From a virus (taxonomy: Duplodnaviria; Caudoviricetes), in IMG/VR virus record IMGVR_UViG_3300028804_000002, positions 32,001 through 96,000 of that record: DNA of 64,000 nt; one strand, 5' to 3'. Position 1 is the first letter of the stretch. Each line of letters starts with the position of its first letter. The notes under the pieces were generated by a model. That model had not been told where the DNA came from. It did no database searches and saw only the letters and a list, made by a program, of their open reading frames with translations. Both the position numbers and the translations under genes were made by a program. Below, in pieces: positions 1-10,508 of the stretch.

Positions 1-1
1 T

Positions 2-3000
2 TCTGATATAAAAGAAATTAGACCATTATTAATAACTGCTGATGGTGATTTAATAAGTGGTGCAAAAGATATTAGAACTGAAAAAGAAGAATTAAAAAAG
101 AATTTAACAGAAGAACAAAAAAATAAAATTAAAGAAAGAATTAAAACTTTCATTAATCAAATTAAATCTATTTCTGGTACTTCAAGATTTTCAAATCCAG
201 AAATAAAAAATGCTGTTTTTCATATAGGAGATGACTATAAGAAATTTAATCAAGATGATATAGACATGATTGATTTCTTCTTTAATTTTACCAGAGAAAT
301 AAATTCAATTTTTGATAGTCTTAATAGACAAATCGAAGCTATAAATACTTCAAGAGTTCCATTAACTGATAATGTAAAACTTAGTAAATGGAATCGTATT
401 ATATCTACGGCAAGAGATTTTGATTCTACTCTTGAAGAATTTAGAAAAATAAAAGCTGAACTTTTTAAGGATGAACTTGTAGCTAAAGAAATAGAAAAAC
501 TTATTGTTAAAAGAGCTTCTATAGAAGATAAATATTTTTTTGGTATAACTCCATTAGTTGTAACTCATTTATCAGATATAATTGAACCAGCTACAGAAAA
601 AGCTTTAGCTTATCTTGATGATGAAATAGATCAATTATCTAAAAGAATTGATTTAGCTACGAAAAGTGGTGCTGAAAAAAGAGCTAAAGATCTTAAAAAA
701 ATTGTGGATGCCAAAATTCAAGAAAGAAATGATAAATATAATATAACTAAGGATAAAGTTCAAGATTATATTCGTGGATTACTTGGAGATAGTAACACTC
801 TTTCTTCTTTTTTAGAGGCTAGTATAGTAAGTTCAAATCCTATAATATCAGGATTAACTAAATATATAAAAGATAATCTTCATAAAAGTGATTCTAATAT
901 ACTTCAAACAGCTAATGAAACTCAAACAGAAATAGATAAATATGAAAAAGATTCAGGTATATCTAGAAATAATTTAGAAGAATTTAATAGACCTTTATTA
1001 GATACTTATGATATAATAGAATCTATAGATGATGAAGGTAATTTTACTTATAAAAAACAATTGGCTTTATTAAGTCCATGGAATATGGATTATATTAAAG
1101 AATTACAGAAATTTACGTTTATTAATGGACAACTTAGAGATAAAATTAAGAATGCTAAAACTGAACCAGAAACTCTTGAACTTAAGAAATTACAGAAAGA
1201 AAATACTATTAAAAGACTTCAATTTTTAAGAGATTATATGGAGATGCCATATCTTAATGAGGTTCATGAAGCTATGGATTTAATACATGAAGATCTTGGT
1301 GGATATACAGCTTTTGAAGCAATAGGTCAACTCTATGATGAGAAGGAACGTATAGAAGAAGAAATAGAAAGAACTAAAGATGAAGAAGTTAAAGATATTC
1401 TCTATAATAATCTTGATGATGTTGAGTTCCGTATAAAAGAAATTAGATCTACTTATGAAAAAGATCCAGGTAGTAAAGAATACAAAATAGCTGCTCAACT
1501 TCGTAAAAGAGATGAAGCTTTAAAAAAATATAGAAAATTTGTTCTAACTACGGCCGGAGAAGCTAAATTTAAACTTGAAAAAGAAAGAATAGATAAAGCT
1601 TTTGAAGATGGAAAAATAACTCAGAAAGATAAAGATTACTGGTATCAACATAATACTGTAAGTACTCTGACAGATGAATATTGGCAAACCAAATTAAGTT
1701 TGATAGGTGAGATGAATGATCTTCTTAGTCAAATGAGTACTAAACAAGAGAAGAGTGAAGATATTGGTAAACTTTATAATGAGATAGAAAATATAGTTAA
1801 ACCTTATAGAGATTCTAATGGAGTTATTAATGGTAATGCTTTTAATCAAAAACAAGTTGCAGATATAAGAGAACTTGAAGAAAAGATTGAAAGATTTAAA
1901 GATGGATTAGCAAATATATTTGGACTTTCAAGAAATGAAAGAGTTGAATTAGCTAATCTTAATGAAGAACTTCAAAATAATGATGTAGAATCTCAGACAG
2001 AATCTGATCCTCAGCGTCAAGAGTTTTTAAGAAATGAACAAATTCGTATAGAACAAAGAATTAATGCTATTCAAGGTAAGAAAAAAACTTTTAACAAAAA
2101 ACTTGTTAATAAGTATTTTGATTTAATGAAAAAGCTTTCAGCTCTTGATATTACTACAAATACTCATTACTACGAACAAAGACATCAAGAAGAATACGAT
2201 AAATATATTGATTCTCAATCTTTAAAGGGTATGACCGATAAGTTTACTTATAATGGTACTACCTATGAAAAAATAAGTAGTCAATGGTATGCCAAAACTA
2301 AAGATAAAACTCAGAAAATTACTAAGAAAGAAGCTGAGAAAATGTTTAAAACGAAAAGAGGAGATTTAAGTTTTGATCAAAGTGAATGGTTTAAAAATAA
2401 TCATATAAAAAGACTTAAATGGGTTAAAACTGATAAGGATTACGATCCATATGATCCTTATGCAGTTTCTGGATATTGGGAAGAAAGTTATGATCCTGTT
2501 TATATATGGAGACAAACCAATCCTACCAATCCTAAACATAAAATATCAGGACAACCTTCTTTAAAATATAAAAGATCTATTATAAAGAATGGTAAGAATG
2601 ATAAAGGTATTCCAGATGGTTCAGAAGATTATACAAATCCAAATTATAAAGTTAGTATAAATGGATATAATACTCCAAGAGCAATTGGAGCCAAAGATAA
2701 TCGTTATATTAATCAGAGATATCTTGAAATGTCCGTTGCAGATGATAAAGTAAATAAAGCAAGATTTAGATATCTTAAATATCAAACAGAACTTTATTTT
2801 AAATCACAAATAGAATCATTTATTCCAAAGACGATGCGTCCTGGATATAATATGCCTTCTATTAGACCATCTGGAGTAGAAAGATTTCAAGCTACTTCTG
2901 TAAGTGATAAAGTATCTGAAGTAGGTCAATGGCTTAGAGGAGTAAAAGATGAGACTGTAACTAATGAACAAGATAAAGATGTTTTATACGGATATCTTGA

Positions 3001-4612
3001 TAATAAAGGTATGATACCTATGAAATTTTTAGGAGATATAGATGTAGAAGATCAATCTATAGATATAGCTCGTTCAATAGGTATGTTTTATATTGCAGCT
3101 CAACAAAGAGCTAGATTAGCTGAAACTTATTCTTTAGTTACTTCAACTGCTGATATTCTTGCTCAAACAGAGAATACTCCAGTTAAAACCAAAGATGGTA
3201 AAGTAGTATCTGTAGCTAAGAAGTATCTTGGTAAAAATACCACAGTAGCTAAACATATAGCTGGAAGTAGTAATACTTTGAAACAGGTAAATGAAATGAT
3301 AAATACTTTCTATTTTGGAGAAAGAATCAAAGACGAAAAAGGTAGTAAACAATTAAATACAGTTCTTGGTCTTGGTGCCAATTTAATGCTTGGATTAAAT
3401 TTTGGATCTATGATTCAAAACTGGTCTAATGCTAAAATACAGTCAATTCTAGAGACCGAATCTAAATTGACAAGGAATTTTAATATGAAAGATTGGACTA
3501 AAGCAGAAGCTACATATTGGGCTCATATTGCAGAATTAATGGGTGATCTTGGTAAATACGGTAATAAGTCTTATATAAATCAATTTATTGATTATTTTGG
3601 GGGTATAAATTTTAATATAATTAATATTTTTGATACAACTTCAGCTTACAAAGGATTAACCAAAACAACCGCAAAAGTACTTATGCCTACAGAAATGGCA
3701 GAACATCAACTATCTTATGTACTTTTTATGTCTATTGCTATGAATACTAAAGTTAAAATGAATGGTGAGGATATATCTTTATTTGATGCTTTTAGAATTG
3801 GAGATAAAGGTCTTGAATTAAAAGAAGGAGTAGAATTATCTCAAGCTCAAAAAGATGAATTCATTAATAAAGTTAATTCTTCAGCTCGTAGAATAAATGG
3901 TGAGTATGGTAATTTAGATTCTCCAATAGCTCAAAAATATATGATGGGTAGACTATTCTTATTTATGAATAAATACGCCGTTCCATTTTTTATGAGGAGA
4001 TTTGGTAAGAGAAGATTTAATATTCAAGATGGTATTCAAGATGATGGTTTCTGGAGATTATTCTTTAGAACTCTTGGACATGATATTAAACAATTCCAAT
4101 TAAATATAGTAAGAAATTGGAAATATTATACACCTTCACAAAAGGCTGCAATTAAACAAGTAAGTACCGAAATATCTGTTTCAATAATACTTATATCTAT
4201 GATTGCTATGCTTGGTGGAGATGATGATAAAGAACTTAAAGATAATGGATTACTTGCTAATAATATTATTTATGTTCTTAAAGGTATTAAAAGACAGAAT
4301 GAACAATTCATGCTTGTACCTGGACTTGGTTTAGATGATGTTTATAACCGTATAAAAAATCCATTTCCGATTGCTACAAAATTAGGACAGGCATTTGCTG
4401 TAATGAATGATCTCGTTTATTTAGCAGGATATTCAATGGGTTATAATGAACTTAAGGATATAGAATATACTAAGAAATCAGGTTGGCATAGTAAAGGAGA
4501 TCTTAAAATATGGAATGATTTAGGTAAATTATTTTCATTACCTAACAAACTTAATCAATATCTACATCCAGATATTGCTATTAAGAATCTTAATGCTTAT
4601 CGAATAAAATAA
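2..4612 (+). CDS. Giant virion-associated (ejected) protein, crAss-like; 5'-truncated by window edge
   Basis: Frame of the 266..4612 ORF stays open back to base 2 (>1530 aa). Charged helical composition with a C-terminal hydrophobic stretch (ISVSIILISMIAMLGG). Converges on the replication block, as giant virion proteins do in crAss-like phages. Confidence 0.6.
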   Translation, partial: SDIKEIRPLLITADGDLISGAKDIRTEKEELKKNLTEEQKNKIKERIKTFINQIKSISGTSRFSNPEIKNAVFHIGDDYKKFNQDDIDMIDFFFNFTREINSIFDSLNRQIEAINTSRVPLTDNVKLSKWNRIISTARDFDSTLEEFRKIKAELFKDELVAKEIEKLIVKRASIEDKYFFGITPLVVTHLSDIIEPATEKALAYLDDEIDQLSKRIDLATKSGAEKRAKDLKKIVDAKIQERNDKYNITKDKVQDYIRGLLGDSNTLSSFLEASIVSSNPIISGLTKYIKDNLHKSDSNILQTANETQTEIDKYEKDSGISRNNLEEFNRPLLDTYDIIESIDDEGNFTYKKQLALLSPWNMDYIKELQKFTFINGQLRDKIKNAKTEPETLELKKLQKENTIKRLQFLRDYMEMPYLNEVHEAMDLIHEDLGGYTAFEAIGQLYDEKERIEEEIERTKDEEVKDILYNNLDDVEFRIKEIRSTYEKDPGSKEYKIAAQLRKRDEALKKYRKFVLTTAGEAKFKLEKERIDKAFEDGKITQKDKDYWYQHNTVSTLTDEYWQTKLSLIGEMNDLLSQMSTKQEKSEDIGKLYNEIENIVKPYRDSNGVINGNAFNQKQVADIRELEEKIERFKDGLANIFGLSRNERVELANLNEELQNNDVESQTESDPQRQEFLRNEQIRIEQRINAIQGKKKTFNKKLVNKYFDLMKKLSALDITTNTHYYEQRHQEEYDKYIDSQSLKGMTDKFTYNGTTYEKISSQWYAKTKDKTQKITKKEAEKMFKTKRGDLSFDQSEWFKNNHIKRLKWVKTDKDYDPYDPYAVSGYWEESYDPVYIWRQTNPTNPKHKISGQPSLKYKRSIIKNGKNDKGIPDGSEDYTNPNYKVSINGYNTPRAIGAKDNRYINQRYLEMSVADDKVNKARFRYLKYQTELYFKSQIESFIPKTMRPGYNMPSIRPSGVERFQATSVSDKVSEVGQWLRGVKDETVTNEQDKDVLYGYLDNKGMIPMKFLGDIDVEDQSIDIARSIGMFYIAAQQRARLAETYSLVTSTADILAQTENTPVKTKDGKVVSVAKKYLGKNTTVAKHIAGSSNTLKQVNEMINTFYFGERIKDEKGSKQLNTVLGLGANLMLGLNFGSMIQNWSNAKIQSILETESKLTRNFNMKDWTKAEATYWAHIAELMGDLGKYGNKSYINQFIDYFGGINFNIINIFDTTSAYKGLTKTTAKVLMPTEMAEHQLSYVLFMSIAMNTKVKMNGEDISLFDAFRIGDKGLELKEGVELSQAQKDEFINKVNSSARRINGEYGNLDSPIAQKYMMGRLFLFMNKYAVPFFMRRFGKRRFNIQDGIQDDGFWRLFFRTLGHDIKQFQLNIVRNWKYYTPSQKAAIKQVSTEISVSIILISMIAMLGGDDDKELKDNGLLANNIIYVLKGIKRQNEQFMLVPGLGLDDVYNRIKNPFPIATKLGQAFAVMNDLVYLAGYSMGYNELKDIEYTKKSGWHSKGDLKIWNDLGKLFSLPNKLNQYLHPDIAIKNLNAYRIK

Positions 4613-4631
4613 GGCCCTGTAAAGAGCCTTA
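4610..4631. terminator. Hairpin between convergent genes
   Basis: TAAGGC-10nt-GCCTTA spanning both stop codons; short U-tracts. Confidence 0.35.
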
Positions 4632-5342
4632 TCGTCCAGTTTCATTCGAATATAATATTCCAGATTTATCTGATTGGAAGTATTCTTTAGTGTCTATATT
4701 CATTATTGTAAGACAACCAAATCTACTTCCAGCACCAGAATCTAAATTCCAAACATTATATCTATTGAAATTAGTTGGTTGATGAGTATGTTGAGTATGC
4801 CCAATAAAGATCTCTTTAAATTCATAAATCTTTTTCTTTTCTTCATCAGAAAGACTTCTTAACATAGCTAGATCTCTACTCCAATGGTACATATTAGCTC
4901 CCTTAATATTAATTTTTACATTTCTAGTTTCTTTAAAACCTTCATAAAGTTCAAATCCACCATGAACAAATAGTCTATTTTCATCATCAATATGATAATC
5001 TATTTGACTACTCCAAAAATTTCTATGATCAGGATCTTGTAATTTACCGCTTTTAATATAAGATTCTATTGTAGCTTTACCACCTTGATATACCCATATA
5101 TCAGGTTGTTCACCATAAATAAACCAATTATTACACCATATATCATGATTACCACGTATACTTATTAGATTCTTTATCTTAAGTAATTCATCAACACATT
5201 CAGAAGTTTGACTATAACCATCAGCTACATCTCCTAACTGTATTAAAATATCATTTTCATAATCAAATTTACTTCTATCTAGGCATTGTCTTAAAGCTTT
5301 ATAATTTCCATGGATGTCTCCAAGAGCAAATTTTCTAATCAT
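4629..5342 (-). CDS. Metallophosphoesterase (calcineurin-like, Ser/Thr phosphatase family)
   Basis: GDIHG, GDVADG, GNHD, VHGG, GHT motifs. Confidence 0.9.
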   Translation of the reverse strand: MIRKFALGDIHGNYKALRQCLDRSKFDYENDILIQLGDVADGYSQTSECVDELLKIKNLISIRGNHDIWCNNWFIYGEQPDIWVYQGGKATIESYIKSGKLQDPDHRNFWSSQIDYHIDDENRLFVHGGFELYEGFKETRNVKINIKGANMYHWSRDLAMLRSLSDEEKKKIYEFKEIFIGHTQHTHQPTNFNRYNVWNLDSGAGSRFGCLTIMNIDTKEYFQSDKSGILYSNETGR

Positions 5343-5380
5343 TATTAATAATTATTACGCATATTAATACACATTTAAAT

Positions 5381-5410
5381 AAAAGCCCTACCAAGAATGA
5401 TAGGGCTTTT
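5381..5410 (-). terminator. Intrinsic terminator (possibly bidirectional)
   Basis: AAAAGCCCTA-10nt-TAGGGCTTTT. Confidence 0.7.
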
Positions 5411-5452
5411 CTTCAATTAAAACACAATTCTAAACTATAAAACTTATTTTTA

Positions 5453-6025
5453 TTACCATAGATTTTTAACAATTTTAGGCTGAGATCTATTGTTTTCTTT
5501 ATCCATGTTTTTAATCATTTTAAGAAAATCTGAATCATCTGATCCAACATGATTACAAGGATCTACATCCCTAAAGTTTTTCTCAGAAGCTTGATTTCTT
5601 TTCTCTATATTAGTTTTTTCTTTTTCTCTCTTAATTTCTACATCTTCAAATACATCAGAAGATTTACCTCCCATATGAGATGGTATATTTTGAAAGGTAA
5701 TATTTGCTGGTCTTTTTTTACTTCTTAAAACTGCTTCAAGTTTTTCTGTAGCTTCTTCTAAAGCCATTTTTCTTATTTTTTCATGTATATTTTCATTCGT
5801 TGCCATATACTGTTCATTTTTTAATTCAACTTCTTGTACTGGATTTGATACAACTTCTGTAGCTGTAACATCTCCATTTGAAATAGTAACTGTTACACTT
5901 CCATCATTATTTGTCGTTACTGTATTTTTTGGTTTAGAATTAGTTGTAATTTGCTGATATAAGCCATATGGTGACCTATATGATTCATCATAATCAAAAC
6001 TATCCCAAACATAAGATTGTGACAT
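5453..6025 (-). CDS. Hypothetical protein (polar/charged)
   Basis: 190-aa ORF collinear with operon. Confidence 0.6.
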   Translation of the reverse strand: MSQSYVWDSFDYDESYRSPYGLYQQITTNSKPKNTVTTNNDGSVTVTISNGDVTATEVVSNPVQEVELKNEQYMATNENIHEKIRKMALEEATEKLEAVLRSKKRPANITFQNIPSHMGGKSSDVFEDVEIKREKEKTNIEKRNQASEKNFRDVDPCNHVGSDDSDFLKMIKNMDKENNRSQPKIVKNLW

Positions 6026-6033
6026 ATTATATC

Positions 6034-6303
6034 TTATTTTAACACATATTCTAAATCACAAAGCCAAGGTCTATTAGATACAAAATATCCAATACTATCC
6101 TTTAGTCTTAATCCAGAAACAATTAATAAATCTTTACCATTATCTATAAGACTCCATACATGATTTTGTTCTTGATCTTCTAAATATTCTAATTCATCTT
6201 CTCCAAAATCATACATAGTATTCTCATATGGTGAGGTATGTTGTATTGTGTTTCTTCTTATTTTAAATTGATTATAAAAATCATTGAATGTTATTTTGTC
6301 CAT
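6034..6303 (-). CDS. Hypothetical protein
   Basis: 89 aa, abuts polB stop. Confidence 0.65.
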   Translation of the reverse strand: MDKITFNDFYNQFKIRRNTIQHTSPYENTMYDFGEDELEYLEDQEQNHVWSLIDNGKDLLIVSGLRLKDSIGYFVSNRPWLCDLEYVLK

Positions 6304-8249
6304 TAAAATAATGTTAGTTGTCTAAATTTTTCGTTAATCACATCTGGTTCAAGTTTACTAATTATGTTATACACTTTTTTAATATAATAATCATAATTAA
6401 TATCATATTTTTCAATATCTTGTTCAGTATGTTTGTTGTATATAGTTGACAACCATTTACCAGCATCTACTTGTAATTGTCTACCATCTATATTACATTT
6501 CATTAATTTAGATCCTTTATTACTTATATAATATCTATTGGTTTGTTGTAATCTATCAGATTTTTCTTCAATACCAGAGATATATCTACTTTCAAAATAC
6601 CAATCAGTTTTAGCTCTAATACCAGCACAGAAATCAAATATATTTTTATGATTTCTAATGAATTCTGTGGGATTGGTTTCATTTTTGTAATAAATTTCAA
6701 GTGCTAATGGTATTATTCTAAAGGATTTATTTTTATGTAATTCAAAATCCACCATAAAGTCACCTTTATGTTTAGGAGTTCCATCAATTTTAATAGCAAT
6801 ATAATCATTAACACTTAATTGTGCTAGTTTTTTATAATCAGTATATTCCAATTTACCCATTTCATTATTACCTACTTTATTTTCCCATTCTTCACAAACT
6901 TTATTGTAGGTATTTTCTAATTCTCTATCAAATAAACAAACAATACCATCTGTATTAGCTGATACTACTTTTATACCTGATAATTCCATTTCTTCTATAA
7001 GCATCATAATTTCTAACTGATTACCTATAGTACACTGAAATAAACAAAATGGATCATATTGCCAGTTAGTTTTTTCATTTAACTTACCAAATGATCCTCC
7101 ATTTAAAGCTAATTTAAAAGCTTCATCAAAAGATTTATATTTACCTTCTTTGGTTTCTTTATAAAGTCTTTTAGATTCAATTCGTTTATTAATTATATCT
7201 GTATATCCTTCTAACCATTTTATTCCAAGATGAGATGGATATATTCTTCTTTTTCTAATAGCATTAGGATATTGAGATCCTACGTCAGCATCTCGTAAAA
7301 TCTGAGATCGTAATGGTATAATAACTCTCTTAGGATCATTACTATGAATACCACCTTTAGCAAATGTATACGTAGCTTGACCAAATTTAAATTTATATTT
7401 TTGATCATTATTTTCTGGATCTATTTTAATATCTTTAATACTATTAACAAAATCATTTAATTCTTTAGTTTTAAATGATATGTAATCTGGAAAACAATCT
7501 CCAAAAGTAAAAGACTGATTTTTAATTACAGGTTTAAGATCATATTTATCAATATTAGTAGCAATGCAATAATTTGTTTTCATTATTTCATCGCCAATCT
7601 TAACATCACTAAAGTTAAGACAATTAAATCCAAATTCTTTATGTACGTCTTTACGTAATTGAATTTTATCTATATTTTTATATAGTTTATTATTTGTCTT
7701 ACCTACAGTAATATTATAATGCTCCTTAGTAGAGAGACAGTCATTTTTACAATAATCTATTATTGAATCTGCTGTCTCTCTATCTTCTATTAGAGTATAA
7801 TGTTTAATCGGCATATCTTCAATATTATGCCAATCCATACTATATTGGAGCCATTTAAGTGAACAACTTCTAGCTTTATTATTATAATGCCAAACTCTAA
7901 AAAGATCTAACTGTTTAACATTTAAATCTTTTTCTCTAAAATCAGGCCACCCATCGTTACTAATAACTTTTTGTGAATAAATATAAATTTCAGAAGCAAT
8001 TTGTTCTCCTTCTAAATTATTTTTTATCCATTTTTTATAATTAGTAAGAATAAATTGTTGAATCTGACTATCATAAAATAAATTATTAAAACCTATTTCA
8101 CCTTTTAATTCTTTAACAAACTCAACAAATTTTTTGAGATCATTTTTGAATTTTGATATTTCAAAGATATCGAAATCATCTCCTTCTAGAGAGAGGGAGA
8201 CACATAAGAAGTAATTTTTTAAAACTTCTAAATCGTATATTTTGTACAT
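6303..8249 (-). CDS. polB: Family B DNA polymerase
   Basis: ExoI YDLE, GFNN..YD, motif A DADVGSQYP, motif B KLALNGGSFG, motif C SANTDG. Confidence 0.93.
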   Translation of the reverse strand: MYKIYDLEVLKNYFLCVSLSLEGDDFDIFEISKFKNDLKKFVEFVKELKGEIGFNNLFYDSQIQQFILTNYKKWIKNNLEGEQIASEIYIYSQKVISNDGWPDFREKDLNVKQLDLFRVWHYNNKARSCSLKWLQYSMDWHNIEDMPIKHYTLIEDRETADSIIDYCKNDCLSTKEHYNITVGKTNNKLYKNIDKIQLRKDVHKEFGFNCLNFSDVKIGDEIMKTNYCIATNIDKYDLKPVIKNQSFTFGDCFPDYISFKTKELNDFVNSIKDIKIDPENNDQKYKFKFGQATYTFAKGGIHSNDPKRVIIPLRSQILRDADVGSQYPNAIRKRRIYPSHLGIKWLEGYTDIINKRIESKRLYKETKEGKYKSFDEAFKLALNGGSFGKLNEKTNWQYDPFCLFQCTIGNQLEIMMLIEEMELSGIKVVSANTDGIVCLFDRELENTYNKVCEEWENKVGNNEMGKLEYTDYKKLAQLSVNDYIAIKIDGTPKHKGDFMVDFELHKNKSFRIIPLALEIYYKNETNPTEFIRNHKNIFDFCAGIRAKTDWYFESRYISGIEEKSDRLQQTNRYYISNKGSKLMKCNIDGRQLQVDAGKWLSTIYNKHTEQDIEKYDINYDYYIKKVYNIISKLEPDVINEKFRQLTLF

Positions 8250-8253
8250 AATA

Positions 8254-8285
8254 CAAAATTACACCATATTTACTACATAACCAAA
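8254..8285 (-). promoter_or_regulatory. Bacteroidota sigma-A type promoter upstream of polB
   Basis: TTTG-N20-TAATTTTG; ends 4 nt before ATG. Confidence 0.75.
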
Positions 8286-8286
8286 T

Positions 8287-8499
8287 TTAATACGATTTAT
8301 TTGCAAGATTTCTTTCAATTCTTCTAATTTCTTGTCGACAGAGTCTTATGTTCTCTTCAAGATCTTTAGAAGATCTTCTTTTAAAAGGATTATGAGCACC
8401 TCTTTCAATAGAATGTTCTCGCTCTTTTAAAAGATTTTTAAGTTCTCCACGTCTAAGAAGAAGTTCTCCTCTTAATTCAGATTTATATACTGTAATCAT
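8287..8499 (-). CDS. Hypothetical basic coiled-coil protein
   Basis: 70-aa ORF in operon. Confidence 0.55.
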   Translation of the reverse strand: MITVYKSELRGELLLRRGELKNLLKEREHSIERGAHNPFKRRSSKDLEENIRLCRQEIRRIERNLANKSY

Positions 8500-8509
8500 T
8501 TCTTATTAT

Positions 8510-8860
8510 TTATAAGTTTTCATAAATACCTTCTTTAATATAATCACGAAGTTTATTAGCTTTATTGACAAGTCTTGCTTCAATATCTTTTTCACTTATA
8601 TCTTTTGATATACCATACATAATAAGTCTAGCAAATACATCACCCATTTCGTCTATTATTTCTTTTTGAGCAGGTTTATAATCAGGATGTTTATTTATAT
8701 TTTTTAATAGTTTTTCACTTAACTCAGCAAGTTCTTCTAACAATTTTGTAGTATTATACAAATCTGTATTAGTTAAAGCAAGTTGAGCAAAAAATATTTC
8801 AGCTCCATTAATATCAGTTATTTCTTCATTAAATTCTATTAACAATTCTTGTTTTGTCAT
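8510..8860 (-). CDS. MazG-like NTP pyrophosphohydrolase
   Basis: EELAEL...DEMGDV acidic motifs. Confidence 0.7.
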   Translation of the reverse strand: MTKQELLIEFNEEITDINGAEIFFAQLALTNTDLYNTTKLLEELAELSEKLLKNINKHPDYKPAQKEIIDEMGDVFARLIMYGISKDISEKDIEARLVNKANKLRDYIKEGIYENL

Positions 8861-8861
8861 T

Positions 8862-9263
8862 TTACCCTTTTTTTATAAGCTCAGCAATTACTTTAGCTTT
8901 TTCTTCATCACTAGATTTAGAACTAAGAGTTTTCAAAGTAGTCCATACCCTAAATTCAGTATCATCGTATACTTTATTACCAGTTTTTTCCATCCAAGCA
9001 ATTTTATCTTCTTGTTCAAGTATTTCTTTTTGAAGACGTTTTATATCCTTAGATATTTCTTCAAATGTTTCTTCAAGTTTATCTAAATGTCCTATTTGAA
9101 CTGCTATTACTTGTCCAGATGGAGCTTGTACATTTATTTGATTACCGGCTTTATATGTTACTGTAACTATTGATCCTTTTTCTGTTCCCCAATTAAGGTA
9201 TGCATCTGTACTTACTTTTACTTTATCTCCTACTTTTACATCTACTAATCTTAACTTAGCCAT
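8862..9263 (-). CDS. Hypothetical protein (SH3-like N-term, coiled coil); paralog of next gene
   Basis: VKVGDKVKV start; C-terminus similar to 9286 ORF. Confidence 0.6.
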   Translation of the reverse strand: MAKLRLVDVKVGDKVKVSTDAYLNWGTEKGSIVTVTYKAGNQINVQAPSGQVIAVQIGHLDKLEETFEEISKDIKRLQKEILEQEDKIAWMEKTGNKVYDDTEFRVWTTLKTLSSKSSDEEKAKVIAELIKKG

Positions 9264-9285
9264 TCTATTGTTTCTTTAAATCACA

Positions 9286-9801
9286 TTATTTTTTCTTCAA
9301 TAATTGCGCTATTTCAGTTGCTTTTTCAATATCACTTCTTGATGCTTTACATTTTTTAATTGTTTTAAAAACTGTATATACATCTTCATCAAATTCACCA
9401 ACTTCATTCTCTTGCATGAATTTGATAATTTCTTTAATGTTTTTTCTTTTTTCTTTAATTATCTCTTCTTCAATTTCAAGTTGAACTAATTCATCATTAA
9501 AGTCATTTACTGTACTATTATGTATAAGTTTTAAATTATGAAGAAAGACATAATTTTGCATTCCGATTCCAGGATCACATAAAGAAGAATAATCAAGATT
9601 ACCATCAGAATTATATTGAAAATTTTGTGTAAGTTTAAATTTTTTACCTAATTGTATTCCATGAGGATTACCATTAGGTTGATTATTAAATCCTGTATTT
9701 CCTATAACCTCTACTGTCTTACCAATTAAAAATGCTCTTACTTGTTGGCTATTTCCAATATTTATATTTGATAATTTAAGTTTTTGCAATAAATTTTTCA
9801 T
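9286..9801 (-). CDS. Hypothetical protein; paralog of previous gene
   Basis: Start re-assigned to ATG at 9801 (MKNLLQ) because a terminator lies in 9815-9845. Confidence 0.6.
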   Translation of the reverse strand: MKNLLQKLKLSNINIGNSQQVRAFLIGKTVEVIGNTGFNNQPNGNPHGIQLGKKFKLTQNFQYNSDGNLDYSSLCDPGIGMQNYVFLHNLKLIHNSTVNDFNDELVQLEIEEEIIKEKRKNIKEIIKFMQENEVGEFDEDVYTVFKTIKKCKASRSDIEKATEIAQLLKKK

Positions 9802-9814
9802 ATTTATACATATT

Positions 9815-9845
9815 AAAAAAGCCCCAGTATTTCTACTGAGGCTTT
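9815..9845 (-). terminator. Intrinsic terminator, GAAA tetraloop
   Basis: Minus strand GCCTCAGTA-GAAA-TACTGGGGC-TTTTTT. Confidence 0.8.
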
Positions 9846-9871
9846 GTGAATAATCAAATAAATCCATGTTC

Positions 9872-10249
9872 TTAACTCAAATCTGAAACTTCTTCTTTTG
9901 AATTTTCTGTGATGGTGGATACATATTTAACATCCCATTCTTGATCAGTAAAATTCATACAAAGATTTTTCAGAATGTATTCAACTGCAGATTTATCATC
10001 AATTGTAATCCTGTAGTACTGCTCCATGCGTTTATCTTGGAGAGTTGTTTTTCCATTCTTAGCAACTACTGGATATGGTATCATATTTTCTTTAACAGAA
10101 TTAAATTGACACACTAATAGTTCTTTTTCTGGATTCCAAGCTGCATGCATAAGTGAAGAATTACCTACATTAATCAGCTCCCATGAATTAAATTGACTTC
10201 CGTCAGAAACTGTAATTGTTGTTGAAATAAATAAAAATGGTTTTAACAT
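9872..10249 (-). CDS. Hypothetical protein
   Basis: 125 aa between its own promoter and terminator. Confidence 0.65.
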   Translation of the reverse strand: MLKPFLFISTTITVSDGSQFNSWELINVGNSSLMHAAWNPEKELLVCQFNSVKENMIPYPVVAKNGKTTLQDKRMEQYYRITIDDKSAVEYILKNLCMNFTDQEWDVKYVSTITENSKEEVSDLS

Positions 10250-10265
10250 TATATATAATTTTACA

Positions 10266-10297
10266 CAAAGGTAAAACTAATTTTTGAAATTACCAAA
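10266..10297 (-). promoter_or_regulatory. Bacteroidota-type promoter
   Basis: TTTG-N20-TACCTTTG. Confidence 0.75.
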
Positions 10298-10489
10298 TTT
10301 ATTTTTTCTTCTTAAATAACGTTTTCTTAATTCTGCAAAATTTTGTCTACTTTCATCTCTCCTCATTTCTGATAATCTGGTTTCTATCCACCTCACATCT
10401 TCTTCTTCAAGTTCTTTAATTTGATCCCAGATTTTTAAACAGATTGGATTAATTTTACTCATAAAATTAATTTTAAAGTTTATCTTCAA
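10277..10489 (-). CDS. Hypothetical protein (start may be the internal ATG, MSKINP)
   Basis: Short charged ORF. Confidence 0.45.
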   Translation of the reverse strand: MKINFKINFMSKINPICLKIWDQIKELEEEDVRWIETRLSEMRRDESRQNFAELRKRYLRRKNKFGNFKN

Positions 10490-10508
10490 GATATTTCTAC
10501 CCTTTTAT

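Noticed and set aside
2420-2465. DxDxD (DKDYD) in the giant protein as an RNA polymerase active site
   Set aside because: Lies in a DYDPYDPY low-complexity loop without the DFDxD context; any virion RNAP gene would be outside this window
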